DNA of 64,000 nt from Octopus sinensis (GCF_006345805.1 NC_042998.1:67022001-67086000); one strand, 5' to 3'; shown: positions 1-14,929, counted from the first letter of the stretch. The notes: a model not told the origin generated them from the sequence alone. Numbers and translations are program-made.

Positions 1-351
1 TAATCTACCCACATTGAAACAAGTATTCTCCTATGCTCTTGTATGTATGTATGATGTAAGTATGTATGCATGTATGTATGATGCATGTATGTATATGACA
101 GTGCAATGATTCTTATAGCAGACATCATTGTAGGATAATGAAACTGATTACATAACTACCGATTTATATAATTTATTAATTAATATTACACACCGTTGTT
201 ACTTCACGCTTTAGTCTAAGCATACGTACATTGAGTCCTAATTGATTACTGGTATCGCTATGTCATAGCAAAATAATATACATCGGTGTGTGGTGTGTGT
301 ATTTATTATACAAGCATATATATGTGGGTATGTATATATATATATATCATA

Positions 352-431
<80 letters not shown>

Positions 432-1055
432 TAGATATACATATTATATATGTACGTATGTATATGTATATACACAGACACACACACACATTTATACTCA
501 CAGAAGCAACCACACAGTGTTATGTGTGTGTGCTTATACTTAAACGACTTTTCTTTGATTCCATGTAATATATGGAGCTAAGTGATATTAGCTATTACAT
601 CATAAACACATACATGTATGATTCGTATCAATGTCATGTTATTGTTTTCATTAAAATAGGCTATACTCCAGATTGTTAAGAAAAAATGAATCATACATTA
701 ACATTTTTGCATTTATTCCTTTTAATAATCTTAATCGATTATTAGCATTTCCCTGATATATCACGTAGCGATGGGAAAATGATTCATCTATAGCGATACA
801 GTCTATAATTTTTATTGAAAGAGATATAAAAGAAAAGCAGTACATTGGAATTCTTCCAGGTGTTTAACTTTTGCTTGCCTCTTCCAGATTGTTTATATAG
901 ACGGTTAAACTTGAGTGAAATCCTATAGGGTATCGACAAAAATTATTTCATCAGTTTCACGCAGATGTTCATATGATTTAAAACGTTTTCGTTTATATAC
1001 ACATATCATGATGATACAGATACATATATACATAAAGAATATATATTATATATAT

Positions 1056-1086
<31 letters not shown>

Positions 1087-1089
1087 TAC

Positions 1090-1128
<39 letters not shown>

Positions 1129-1825
1129 ACATATATATATATCTATACATATATATATATACCATATATATTATATATATATATATACATAAAGAATATA
1201 CATATATATATACACACATACACATATACGTATTTATGCAAGTACGTATATACATATATGCAGACGCACATGGACACACGCACATATGTATATGCATATG
1301 TATATCATATGTAGCATGTATCTCCCTTTTCAATATAGGCAGAGTCATCTTTGCTTTTCCGTTACCTGAAGGGATAGAATAATTACAAGCGAGATAGAGA
1401 GAGCATCTATACAGAGCTTCAATAAACATCCATTTTGACATGAACCAGTTATTAACATCCCGACGTGAATACCATTTATCACTTAACTACTTCTCAGCTG
1501 AAAATGTAACAATTTTGTTCATACATATCTTCTCTATAGATTATCTAGTTTTATGCCTATTTAAGTAACCCTTATTCAGATAAATTCTTCATCTTGCTTT
1601 CTGATCAAATATCCCGGAGAAAAAAAATATTGAGTTGGTTCTATACATAACGTCAGTTATTACAAGAAGTATTTTTCCCTGCAATGTAAAAGATATATTA
1701 TATCAATACCTTGAAGCATATTTATTACATCTGTCCATGTATAAGACCACATTATTTCTAAGAGGATACTAAACACAGGTGACGAGAGCATATACATTGG
1801 AATTATGAAAATACAAAATAATGAC

Positions 1826-1853
1826 AATAATAATAATAATAATAATAATAATA

Positions 1854-1929
<76 letters not shown>
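1826..1929. repeat. (AAT)n directly abutting (ATT)n microsatellite
   Basis: Read directly from the sequence; the two halves are reverse complements. Confidence 0.95.
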
Positions 1930-1931
<2 letters not shown>

Positions 1932-3288
1932 TTCGGATCTGATATATTTTATGCATGTTTAGTTTTGTTATAGCTGATGTTTTGTGAGTTATTGCAGCAT
2001 AAAATGTTATCATTTATCAAAGAGTGTTTGATAAATAGATCGGCATCAAAATTATGTGATGCGTAGAAAACTTGGTAGAGCAACGGACAAAAATTATTTA
2101 CAGTATTTAATTACTTCATTCGATGATTTGTTTTCAAATACAGCTGAATGTTGGGTTTTTTTTTGTTTCTATGTTTACGGAATCAATAACGAAATGTTCC
2201 TGTCAAGTACTGGGTCGATTTTATCAACTTTACCCCTCCACACACATATTTATAGTTTTGTACTTATGTCAGGAATCTTTAGAACATTTCATTAAATAGC
2301 TTTGGTATTTACTTTATATACTGCCTCTAAATTTTGTTACATTATATTTTTTTCATTTCATAATTTGGTTGACGACAATTACAGATTAACTACTCGATTT
2401 GGTTTATTTCACTGACTTTGTACCTTAACAGAAGTAGAAATGTTTTAATGTCAAAGACAAAGATTGCTGTTATAGATGTACGAGATTATCTTCAGTAGGC
2501 AGAAATGTAAAATGCATAGTGCTTATAGGCATTAACGTCGACTTATTTTCGACTGTCTAATTTCTATCTTCGAATCTTGCCTTCAATATTTTTATTATAT
2601 ATGGAGTTGTGATGTTTGAAAGACTACTGGAAGCCTTCATAGAAACCTTGTACTGGATAGTTTATATTGTATATACACTTGCTATTACGATGAAAATTAT
2701 TATCTTATCAGTGTTGAAATATACATCTGCTGCCTATGATGTTTAGGAATGAATCGACTATAACGCCTCGTAACACGACCCGAAGTGAATTTAGAAATTA
2801 TTATTGAGTTAGTACAAGCGAAAAGAAAAATATCAGAACAATGGTTGAAATATGATAATGACAACTGTAACAGCCTGCGTTTCAATGATAGCCGATTTTA
2901 AAATAATTATGCTAGTGTATTCATTCTTAGTACTGGAAAAAACCCAGAAAGTTAACGGTTTCATATTTCAACAAATGGCCGTCTTTCCTTTTGTGTTTTT
3001 AAGTGACTTGCTAGGGAAGAGACAGAAGAATATTCAATTATATATTGACTTTAGAAATATTACAGGGCAGTTCAAATTTCCAGTTAAGGTGTCACAACAC
3101 ATTCTTTGAGCACATTGGCATTTTATCAAGTGATCCATTATGGATGTTTATAAGAATAACAAACGTCATATTTCTCTTCATTAATATCATATTTTCATGA
3201 CGAATGGTAACTTAACTAAACGTTTTTAGGAAAATGCATACACAGCTACAGCCAAAGCACAGACACATACGCATTACACACCTACGTT

Positions 3289-3428
3289 CATACATACATA
3301 CATACATACATACATACATACATACATACATACATACATACATGCATACATACATACATACATATATACATACATACATACATACATACATACGTACGTA
3401 CGTACATACATTCATACATACATACATA
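3289..3428. repeat. (CATA)n microsatellite
   Basis: Read directly from the sequence. Confidence 0.95.
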
Positions 3429-3595
3429 GAACCAACGTTGAACCCTTTATTCGCACTATTACCGAATCTAGAACTTAACTATGGTCGGTCTATAGCACTT
3501 ATTCAGCATTACCTGACACCTTTGGGTTTCAATGACACCATTATCTCTTATAACCTCAACTTCTCGCTTATATTTATATATATATATATATATAT

Positions 3596-3633
<38 letters not shown>

Positions 3634-3957
3634 ATTGTTGTTGTTGTTGTTACTGTTGATGCTGTTGTTGTGAAAGCGGTAGTGAGTCCTGGCTAGGAAT
3701 TAGGTCAGATAGCGATATCAGAGGGGATGTTGTCTGCTGATGGCTAATGGGTCGTTGCGATGACCCCCGACCTGTTGGCATTTGGTCAGTGGGTGCACTG
3801 TATCCATTGACGACTATAGCTGCTGGTGTTACCATGTGGATGTGTACGATATGAAATGCTCTTGTGATTTTTATACTATCGTTATGATGAACGTACGTTA
3901 GTCATTGCTGGTTTTATGATGTATGTGTGGTAGTGTTCAGTGCATTTATTACAAATC

Positions 3958-4045
3958 AGAAATCCATCCCTGGACTTATTCTTTGTAAGCCTGGTATTTA
4001 TTCTATCGATGCCTTTTGCCGAACTGCTGCATGAACGTGAACGTG
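3958..4045 (-). mobile_element. SINE family 1 3' fragment
   Basis: ggacttattctttgtaagcctggtatttattctatcgatgccttttgccgaactgct resembles the tail of the 36880 copy (cttatttcttaagcttagtacttattctatcggtcccttttgccag). Confidence 0.5.
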
Positions 4046-4165
4046 AAACCCTGAGCAGCATTTCTTTGTTATATTTTTGCAGGTTTGATAATAAAGCATA
4101 TTAGACTACCTCCGGTATTCGAGTATTATATATTCTCTTACTTAATATTTATATGCTTACTCGGG

Positions 4166-4219
<54 letters not shown>

Positions 4220-4654
4220 ATACATATCTATACGTAGACACACAAAGAGAGACACAAACATTTTAAAGAGAGGGATGGAGAGAAAAGTACACTGGGGGAT
4301 GTTAAGTGTGAGACAGAATGAAAGTAGAAGGATCGAAAATATGTAAATGGGTGGTAAATGTAGATATTGATTATGTATGGCTTTACAATAAAGAACCGGA
4401 ATATAAAAATTTGCTTCTTGCATATATTATATACTCTGGTGTATGTGCGAAGTGATGGGAATAAGCATTTAGAATCCATGTGCATGATAACAAGACGATA
4501 GCACAATTATCATGGTGGTCGATATATATATGTATATATATATATTATTTATATGAATAACAGGCGCCAAACAGATATATTAGCAGCATCCATATAGAAA
4601 TATATACGTGTTTAGAAATGGAAATTTAGTAATAATTTACGTTATTTTCCAAAA

Positions 4655-4795
4655 TATCTGACAAAAGGCTCGCGGTATTTGGTTACGTCATATTACGTTC
4701 TGACTTGAAATTCAACCGAGTAGAAACCAGCCTTTTATCCTTCCATTTCGTTGAAGTACTGGCGTCTATTATGAGCCAGTAGAGAAGCCTCTACT
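4655..4795 (+). mobile_element. SINE family 3, diverged fragment
   Basis: gcggtatttggttacgtcatattacgttctgacttgaaattcaaccgag...gccttttatcctt matches the family 3 core. Confidence 0.45.
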
Positions 4796-5640
4796 AACAC
4801 ATTATTTGCTATACGATGTGGGTCTTCTTTTATCTACTTAAAAGAATTCTATGATCATGGTTTGTTGCATTTGATAGAGGATTTGCTCAATTAAGCTTGA
4901 CCTTGGGCTAAACAACTGGCGTTGGTTAAATTGATTTGAATTATGCTGTTACATTTAGTGGCCAAATGCAAAGCGTGTGAAAGTTTTCTTTTACGCCGTA
5001 TTCAGAAGTGGTAGCGCCGTGGGCACAATTTGGAGTGGATAGTTACTTTCCTCATTAAATTCACTTCATAACAGGCAGAGAGTAAGACTTAACTTTCCAA
5101 TTAAATGAATAAAAAGTAATTCGGAAACGTATTTGTCTGGTAAATGATATTACTTGAGACCGTGTGCTAAAAGTAAAAACAATTACATAGTTTAAGACAT
5201 ATTTGCGATTTAAAATACACTAAACGCACAAAGAGTTCACTTAAACATTTACTATTTGGTGTCAAAGTTGTCGTGGAATTATGTCTCCAGGTCTCAGTCA
5301 GTGAGACGAAATATTTACATAAATAATAAATGTTTAACTGAAATTAACAGTTTTTGTATGTTTTTCAATCGTTCATCTGTGGATTTCACAATCTGATTGA
5401 ATATTAAAATTGATCCATGAACAAGAGATATTTTACTAAATAAATGTTTTCTTGGTTATGTACGGATCATATTTCGCCAAATTATATATCGTCACGAATT
5501 TGTCGTTTGAAACCTCACTTAATTTGTTTTAAATTCAATTCAATTGAGAAATATTGTGACATGTTATATTTCAATATATAAACTAAAAGATTTATTAAAC
5601 AAACTATTGGCTTCAAGTGTTGGCAAATGTCCACAAATGG

Positions 5641-5760
5641 TACGTATTTTATCGGCTTTGAAAGAATGAATGGCAAATTCGACCTCGGCAGCATTTGAAC
5701 TTAAAACGAAAAGACTGCCGTTGAGCATTTTGCCTAAGGATTCTTCCAAGTCAACGCCCT
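5641..5760 (-). mobile_element. SINE family 3, diverged
   Basis: atcggctttgaaagaatgaatggcaaattcgacctcggcagcatttgaactt...gagcattttgcc matches family 3 in reverse orientation. Confidence 0.6.
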
Positions 5761-6403
5761 AATCACACAATATAGTAAAGTAAGATTTCTGAATTTAATT
5801 GTTTTTAAACACACAACGTTCCTTCAAGAATCTACCAACGACCAATAGGATTGTAGAATGAAAGTAATGTTTGAACATTTGCAAAGCTAAATGTCTCAAT
5901 TTTCTTTATTCCTCAGTTTATTAAACAGTATAAGGATATTAGATATCCTGGCTTCCTTATTTCATACTGACGCTTACATTCATTTAATAATGAAATAACT
6001 AAATCTTTATACATATATACATATTTATATATAAGTGTTTGTGTTTGTGTGTTTGCGCGCGTGTGTGTGTCTTTGTATGCATGTGAGATTCTGTGTGTGT
6101 GTGTTGTGTGTGTGTGTGTGTGTATACGTATACATGAATAAAAGAGTGTGTTCATGCTTACATAAGCTTGTGTGTCAAGTTCCATATGATTATTTATTTT
6201 CAATAAAACCTGTATTTTCATCTGTATAAATCAGTATATATTTTTAATAAAATCTGTAATATTTTGATATCGACAAAATAAGTACCAAAATAAATAGGAA
6301 AATACTTTGAATCAACGTGTGGATGCGATTCATTTTAACATATACTATATAAATACCCAACGCATACACGAATATACGATGTGTGTATGTCTACGTGTGT
6401 ATG

Positions 6404-6434
<31 letters not shown>

Positions 6435-6710
6435 GTGTATTTGCATGAATGTCTGTATATAGCTGAGTATGAATAAACGTGTATGTGAGTATGTGTGTGT
6501 TTACACGATTATGTAGTGTATCAAGCATATTTGCGTTGTTGTTAGGTACTTGATAAATGCTTCCCACGAAGCCAACATTATGTTAAGCTCATTTGTATGA
6601 AGAAGATTTAAGTTTCTACGGTATAATTCAAGTTATAAGAATCATTATTGTATTCTTAAATGTAACCTCAATACAATTCTAATATTGACTATTGAGACTC
6701 ACTTATGCTA

Positions 6711-6795
<85 letters not shown>

Positions 6796-7649
6796 GTATG
6801 TATAAGTGTGTATGTGTATATATATATATGTATATATACATATATATATATGCATATACATACATATATATGTGGGTGTATGAATATGTATACGTATGTA
6901 TTTATGTATGTATATATATATATAATTGAAAAAAATTGAAGTCAACAAAAAGGAGTACGGTTGGGCATTTAATTCTTAATCACTACAATTGTTTCCACAC
7001 AACGTAGTTCTCCAGGCGTGCAATTACTTGATCATTTAACCGTTTCCCTGCATTATGAGATCTAGTTGATTTTCCACAGATGATATGTAAATATTGTCTC
7101 CGTTAGTTAACATTCTCGGCTTCAAGATCATCCTCTCTGAGGATGTCAAAAGCACGGCATAAAATGTAAGATTTGGATGTAGCAATTACATCTTGGCCCT
7201 TCAACTGAATGAGATTGTTTATAACAGAAAAGCAGTAAGTTAACATTACTCGTCAAATCATGGAGGGTAAATATCTTATTTAAATCATTGACTACAAAAG
7301 GTAAGCTCAACAATCAAGATTCTTGACAATATTCTAGGAGAGCCCCGTCGAGAACACAAATTTTGATATATAATTTTATTTGAACATCATATGAGGAGTT
7401 TTCTACTAGCCCGTTTTAGTTACAAGTATTTTTGAATGATAACCAGTCAGTGGATTGTGCCTTACCTCCAGGAAAGCAACTGATACAATTTTGGGAGTTG
7501 AAGTTATTTATTTAGGCATACATTTACAAAACAGGTGTGACACATTTATGTTAATACTGTACTGCAGTTTGTATCATTTTGCGTCCAGATTATGTGTATA
7601 GAAAAGATTATTTTTATCAGTATTTAGGCACTCACAAGCATATTATGCA

Positions 7650-7780
7650 CTGAGGGTGAATCGGCAATGCTCTTTATGTTCTGAGTGCAAATCACGCGAG
7701 GGTCAACTTTGCCTTTTCTTGTTCTCTGGTTGATAAAATAAGTACCGGTTTAACATTGGGATTGATATAAACGATTTCTC
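7650..7780 (+). mobile_element. SINE family 3, diverged fragment
   Basis: tgttctgagtgcaaatcacgcgagggtcaactttgcctttt...gataaaataagtaccgg matches the family 3 core. Confidence 0.5.
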
Positions 7781-8658
7781 TTTTCAAAATTGATGGCATT
7801 GTTCCAAAATTAGAAAGAATTATAATTGTTGTTGTTCACTTATCATTTCATTGCTGTTGTGGTGAAGTTTCAGTGCATCATATCAAAATACATCCTGCAA
7901 ACCTAAGATATCAGATAGTCCTTGTTAGGCGAAGCAAATAAGGTTTCTTTGGAATAAAAATATTCAACCTGATATTTCTGACGTCATACGATTTCCGACA
8001 TCAGATTATTTTCAGAAATTCACTAATGTATGATTGAAGCGTGAGCAGTTTTTATTCTAAGATATCAAGCATGTTCTTGGGTTCCATTTCACCAGCTGAT
8101 CTCCGTAAATGTTAGTAGGGAGTCATTTAAATTGTTTATGTATTTTTGGTAGTATTAGCAATATGATTCAGGGTGCACATAAGGGATTCTTTACCTACGA
8201 TACTGTCTATTTATATAGATATGATATCCTCATATAATGCAGTAGCTTTCAAATAATTACTGATGAAAGCAAAGAGGAAGGTCACTAGGAATGATTATGC
8301 AGTGCCGCAGAAAATAAACAGCATTAGTCACAAGATAATTATGTTTTGATTCTTTAGACAAGTACAGAAGACCATTGGTAACATGCTTTGGCTAATTATA
8401 TCTGCTCTGCTTCACAAATTTAGACTACTCCACCAACCCTCTAACTAGTTTTGAGATAATCACTATGTAGATGTGCATATCGTATATTGGTAAGCGTAGG
8501 AACCTAACATATCTTTAGGAATAAATAATAGACGTGGTTTTGAAAAAATGCAAAAATGTCGATTTTTATCGACCCGTGATCGATAAAAACACGATTCATG
8601 CGATCGTACTGCAATCATGCTCACGCTTGACCTTGCACTAATGCAACACCACATTAAT

Positions 8659-8781
8659 CTTCTTCTTCTTCTTCTTCTTCTTCTTCTTCTTCTTCTTCTT
8701 CTTCTTCTTCTTTTTCTCCTCCTCCTCCTCCTTCTTCTTCTTCTTCTTCTTCTACTCCTCTTCCTTCTTCTTCTTCTTCTT

Positions 8782-8855
<74 letters not shown>

Positions 8856-8856
8856 C
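8659..8856. repeat. Compound (CTT)n/(CTC)n then (ATT)n trinucleotide microsatellite
   Basis: Read directly from the sequence; it generates the poly-R/poly-L pseudo-ORFs. Confidence 0.95.
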
Positions 8857-9221
8857 ATGTTTCTTATTATAAGAATTTTGATCAATATTTCAGCTGTTGT
8901 TGTTTCTCTACACAATTTAATGATGTATTATTGTTAAGTCAGAGTTGTCTGATACCATAGAATCCTGGAGTAAATAAATTTGTTTCATCATTCCGCTTTC
9001 TGATTTCACATTTGTCTAGAAGGAAGCAAACAAATAATTGCTAGATTTGTTAAATCATCTGTGTCTATTCCCTGCAAAAAACAACTACGACCAAAACATT
9101 GAAGTTATCCATGCGATATAATAAATATTATCATTATATGTACGTTTATTTAATGTTTTAGTTTATATTATTGATGAATTTTATACTATTGTATGAATTA
9201 TATCTAAGTATATATGAGTAT

Positions 9222-9265
<44 letters not shown>

Positions 9266-9341
9266 TATATATTATATATATATATATATGCGTGTGTGTG
9301 CGTGTACGTACATATATGTGTGTGTGTGTGTGTGTAAGTGA

Positions 9342-9395
<54 letters not shown>

Positions 9396-9402
9396 GTGTG
9401 TA

Positions 9403-9435
<33 letters not shown>

Positions 9436-9490
9436 ATACACATACATATATACGTAGACACGCACACAATGTACATGGGGCGAAGAATAA

Positions 9491-9750
9491 ATACTCCTCT
9501 CGATCATGACTGAACATGGGATTGCACCAAGAAAGTTACCCTTCGAAACACAAATCCGGGCAATGTTGTCTATGGAAGATCAGCCGTTTCCCATGCGTAC
9601 CAATCTCCTCTCCTCACACCAACTATGTTATTTCTACACCTAAATGACCTGCACCAATGTGAAATAAACTGTCATGCTCAAGACCGGTCGGCATATTGAA
9701 CTTACTACCTCATGTTGTGATCTCAGCGCTCTAACAACTGAGCCATGCAC
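9491..9750 (-). mobile_element. tRNA-derived SINE family 2
   Basis: The minus-strand head GTGCATGGCTCAGTTGTTAGAGCGCTGAGATCACAACATGAGGTAGTAAGTTCAAT has a clear Pol III A box and a degenerate B box, followed by a non-tRNA body. Confidence 0.65.
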
Positions 9751-10452
9751 ATACACACACGCACACGCACACACACACACATACACACACATACATTATA
9801 TATATATATATAACACCGCAATGTGTGCGTGAATGTGTGTCTGTGTATTCCGTATTGCTCTTCTTCCTAATTTAGTATGTCTTAATGCCTCTACTTTGGT
9901 TCTAAACTTGGATAAATATTCAATATACTTATCGATAATGGATTTTCTCACGGGGTTATTGTCGATACCTACATTCTGTTTTTTTTTGTAATGATGAATC
10001 TTTCCACATTAAGTATGATTTAATAATTTCTATACTGTACTGGTACTTTAGTAACCATTGCCTTGTAGTTTCCCCATTGCGTTAGTGTGATACATTTCGT
10101 AAATTTTCATTTACGGTTGTAGCCATTAGCATGACTTAGTTATACTGGTGGTTGAAGACAACGATTCATATTAAGGTACATGTTCAACAAAACCAGTCAG
10201 TGTTGATATCACTCTAGAATGAGGGGAAAATACTAGCATGACTTGTAATGAAACTTATTTACATTTGAATCTTCTGCCTTCTAATTGTTAATGTTATGTC
10301 TATGAAATTGTTATGTTTTAAGTATTCTTTTCTTTTTACATAGGTTGACTAGATAGTTGAATAAGTTAACAGGTACAAGCGAAACTTGCTGGTCAATTCA
10401 ACCCGATACACATATACATACATGAATACATACATGCACACAGGCACACAAG

Positions 10453-10501
<49 letters not shown>

Positions 10502-10673
10502 GTATAAGGTCCAGCGTTCGAGGTGTAGACAGAAAGTTATCTTCAAGCAATCCGTACGATAGACGGAAGGTTATGGATTTCATTCGTGTCGAAGTACGAT
10601 AGTCTGAAAAAAAGTTATTTTTTTGATATTTCACGGTAGGCGACAAGAATTGCCGCTTTTGCGAATAAGAATA

Positions 10674-10860
10674 CAAGAGTTAAGGAATGGAGTAGATAAG
10701 ATCCGGGTTACATATGTTTCATAGCGAGCGGAACCTCGGAAGTAGTAAATATCCAAGTGATGTGTATACCGCAGGCTACTCTTCAGAATCTCGCTTAGAA
10801 ATTTACCACTTCTGAAATATATGTAGCCCAGATCTTATCTACACCATTCCTTAACTCTTG
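10674..10860. mobile_element. MITE with about 50-bp terminal inverted repeats and TA target-site duplication (Tc1/mariner-type)
   Basis: The left end TA|CAAGAGTTAAGGAATGGAGTAGATAAGATCCGGGTTACATATGTTTCA matches the reverse complement of the right end ...TGAAATATATGTAGCCCAGATCTTATCTACACCATTCCTTAACTCTTG|TA with about 4 mismatches. Length 187 bp, no ORF. Confidence 0.75.
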
Positions 10861-10865
10861 TATAC

Positions 10866-10919
<54 letters not shown>

Positions 10920-11132
10920 TTTGCAAATAAATTGAAGATTCAAGTGCTACTAGTTGAAAGCTCCGCGTACTGGATGCCAGCAAGTTTACGGGGTCATTAG
11001 GAGGGAATGCGAGCGGTTTTGGGGGGCTACCTCTCGACGGTATCATTGCACACTGGCCCTTCTCACTGAAATGAGGCACCGCTTGCTAGATCAACTGGTT
11101 ATCAGATTTAGCTCAATATTCTTCTAGTCATT

Positions 11133-11298
11133 AGGTGGCGAACTGACAGAATACCGCTGAACGAAATGCTTAGCGGTATTTCGGCTGCCGTTACATTCAG
11201 AGTTCAAATTCCCCCGAGGTCGATTTTGCCTTTCATCCTTTTGCGGTCGATTAAGTAAGTACCAGCTACGCACTGGGGTCGATGTAATCGACTTAACC
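11133..11298 (+). mobile_element. tRNA-related SINE family 3
   Basis: gaaatgcttagcggtatttcg...gagttcaaattcccccgaggtcgattttgcctttcatcctt...gtaccag...ggggtcgatgtaatcgac aligns with the reverse complement of 46201-46414. Confidence 0.75.
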
Positions 11299-14200
11299 CA
11301 CTTGTCTGTCCTTGTTTTCTTTGCAAGCTGATGAGTTCCACTAACACTGAAACATATCTTCATCTTCCCCCTTACTTGTAATGAAGAACCATATTTTCAC
11401 ATAATTATTTGAATTGAATATGTCAGACTGCTTGTTTTTCCTTGAAATTAGCTACCCATTACTTTGAGTTACAATAAATTAGCACTGTTTCCTGATATTT
11501 TAGTTAAGTGAGAAATTTTTGGAACATATTATTGATTATATCAACCCTCCGTGTAGTTCAGGCTTTTGACAAACTTCAGTTATTTCCTCTAGTTCATTCT
11601 ATATGTTGTTGTTAGAAACAGTTATTATTCTGCTGCATTTTCGTCATAGATTTTAACATTAGTTACTTTGTTATTACCGTTGATGTTGCTTATTATATTT
11701 TACCTTTTGCATTATCAATAATATCTTTCACATTGGAAAGAAAGCCAGGTTTCGAATAAATAACACCTTAGAATTTAACGTTTGACGTCTATGGTTCAAT
11801 AGAGTACTTTAATTTGTTTTGTTTCGTTTCTTCTGCCTCATACTAATGAAATGTTTATATTAATTAGTTAACTGATACAATAACGTCTCGCTTCTCAATA
11901 TCACAATATGCATAACTGCACTAAATGTTGTAATGTGCACATTTGAGTAATCAACAATTTTGTTGGTTTCATTCAACTGGTGAACAACAATTGAAGTCGA
12001 TTTAACCCTTTGCCGAATATGTTGAATGAGAGAATGCTTTCTTCCGTGTTATCATTTTGTATTTTTAATTTGTTATGTTATATATTTCAAAGAAATTTAA
12101 TTAGAAATAGTTCATAGTTTTACTGCTTTTCCACAGATTTGTTTTCATGCAGCAATTTAGTTATATTTCATTAGCTGGTATTTGTTTTATATATTTCAAT
12201 ATACTTTTTTCTAATTCGTTTTTTCGCATCAAAATATGCGATTACATAGAAATAATGGCTAATTCTTTTACATTTATCCAACACATTTGATTAAGGAAAG
12301 ACAGTATGATGAAGAAACCTTTGATCATCAAGCAAATTTGTAATTATATTTCTCCCTGAAAAGAAAATAACGTCAATCGAATTTTATAAATATTACAGTC
12401 AATTTATGGACTATTTATGAAAAACTCTTTTAGAAATTATTACTTCAAAACTTTCTCTTAAGCAATGGCGTTCACTAGTGTACAGCTGTCAATTCAATTA
12501 CATGAACTGCCTCGTATGTTGTCTCAGAGTAGATTTCATGTGAATCACACATTAACAATCTAATTTGATGAAAGTTTGCTCGCTAAGATGCACTGACTAA
12601 TTAAACTGTACAAGGAAAGGCAGAAGGAAACAGACTTTATAAATGAGAATGACTATATTTACTTAAAAACAGCTTCCGACTTATTAGACGCATGGAGATA
12701 TATGCAATAGCAGTATGCTTTTCATATCCTTTAGTTACTTGATTTTTAAACTACAGATTTATCTGATATTGAAAACCTGTTCGGAAGATCTAAAAATATA
12801 TCTAATAATAAATACACATGCACACATACAGACATACACACTCACAGACACATATACACACACAAACACACACTCACACACACACAACGGCATGCACACA
12901 CTCATGTGTGTGTGCGTGAGAGAGAGAGGAGAGAGAGAGAGAGAGTGTGTGTGTGTGTGTGCACCGGTTATTACAGAACATGGTTTGGGGATAAAAATAC
13001 CTAACGCTATTCGCTATATGTAATGGGATTTGGTTATGGTATTTTAACAGATAATCGATTTCCATGAATCATTTTCCGATACAAAATAATTATTTTGGCT
13101 GTATAATTATAAATAAATGACAGAGGAGATTGCTGAAGTGACTTCATAGTACGTTTGTATACTGATCAACCGTCTTATATAACAGTAGATTGATGGAAGT
13201 ATTGATGGGTAAGATTTCATGAGAGTGAAATATATTACTTAAAGATTTATTAATTCATATCTCATACATATAACAAATATATGGTCATATTATGAACGGC
13301 AGATTCTCTGTTGTTTTTTTTTTGTTTCTGAAGTATTGCCAGAGAGGCGTGTTTTGCCAAATAAAGGAATATAGGTTATATGTATATGTGTGTGTGTGTG
13401 TGTGTGTTCGTTGTCATGGGACACAATAGAGCCTCGTAAATCATAACCAGTTCGAAAAGGTAAAGTTTTTAAAAAAAATGTCCAGTGAATTTTAAAAATG
13501 GTTCCTAACATTCGAAATCAACGATGTCTTTTGTCATTTCCGAGTGGCTAAAAAAACTTTAAAAATCATTTAGAATTCAATCAACTATACTATACCTCAA
13601 TAACTGAGAACGTGTGCGCATCATTTGCTTATGTATGTACGTACAGAGTTGACTAATGATTTTTTTTTAAATGCATCCATTATGAGGAATTCAGAATTGT
13701 TGTATTTTTACGATGCCAAAACACAGAGAAACTTTGCCTTTAGCCATAAGACACTGCCAGCAGAATTCAAGACTTGCAAGTGATAAAGAATTACGATGCC
13801 AGCATCTGCAATATATACCATGTTAACTATGAATGGAAAGGGTTTCCATCAGGACATGAGACAAAATTTCAGCCACAACAAAATGTTAACTGTAATATGG
13901 TTTTGTGGTAAATACGTTTTTGATAAGATATCAAAGAGATGATTCTCTTCGAAATTCTACAACAGAGCAAGGCAATTACTGTTCTAGTGTTCAGTGAACG
14001 AATGCACGAATTAAATGAAAACTTAATTAAAAGGGAGCTGTTTGATGTATCAAAGGGTGTATATAGGTGTATAGCCCCCATAATGGTAATGTATGCTATC
14101 ATTCTGCAGGAATCAACTCTTCATACTCGAAGAGTTTCACAAGAAGCTTTCAGAAACCATCTCATGCACCGATCAAACGTTTTCAGGTTGCAGCTTTCTG

Positions 14201-14929
14201 TAGTGGTGCGATGAACACTGTAATTTAACAGATATGTTGATATTCTCCGGCCACTTTCCAAAGCAACAATTTGTGTAAAGCTGCAAATGTGAAGCTTTAT
14301 AAAATTTCGTAAAATTGTGTTAATTCATATTGAGAATATATATATGATTATTATGAATTCATTAATCGAGCTGAGTCCTACAACATTTCAATTCTTACAA
14401 ACTAAATAAATAAAATGAATTTGAGATAAACACGCACACACGAACATATGTACATATTTCCCGGGCAACCAATGAAACTGGTGGGCATAGACACAATTCT
14501 TTTGGCGGTATGAAAAGTTTAAATCTACATTCAAATCTCTCATTTACCTGCCGGAATTGATTGCATTGGATAAGATATTCACTTACTACAAACTCCCTAA
14601 TATAAATGCAAACACGACTTCCCTTCTTGTACATGAGCGCTCTAAAATAAACTCATGTGTTTTCGTATCCATTCCCTTTAAGTGGAAATATTACAAGACA
14701 TGCAACTTGTGTGACATATACTTATAAACATGTATACATGTGTATGTGGTGTGTGTGCGTGCGTACGTGTGTGTGTCTGTCCGTGTATGTTCGTGTGTCT
14801 CTGTGCCTTTGTGTGTGTCTGTGTGTGTATGGTATGCATATACATATTTTACTGTATGCATTTGTTATATAAAGTGCCTTAATACAATTCCTTCATCTTT
14901 AAAACGCAGGTGAACCATATATATATATG

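Noticed and set aside
11331-11381. TTGCAAG-CTGATGA-...-GAAAC...TTA-CTTGTAA hammerhead-like arrangement
   Set aside because: Stem I can pair over 7 bp, but stem II is out of register and stem III does not form (C-U mismatch), so it is too degenerate to call.
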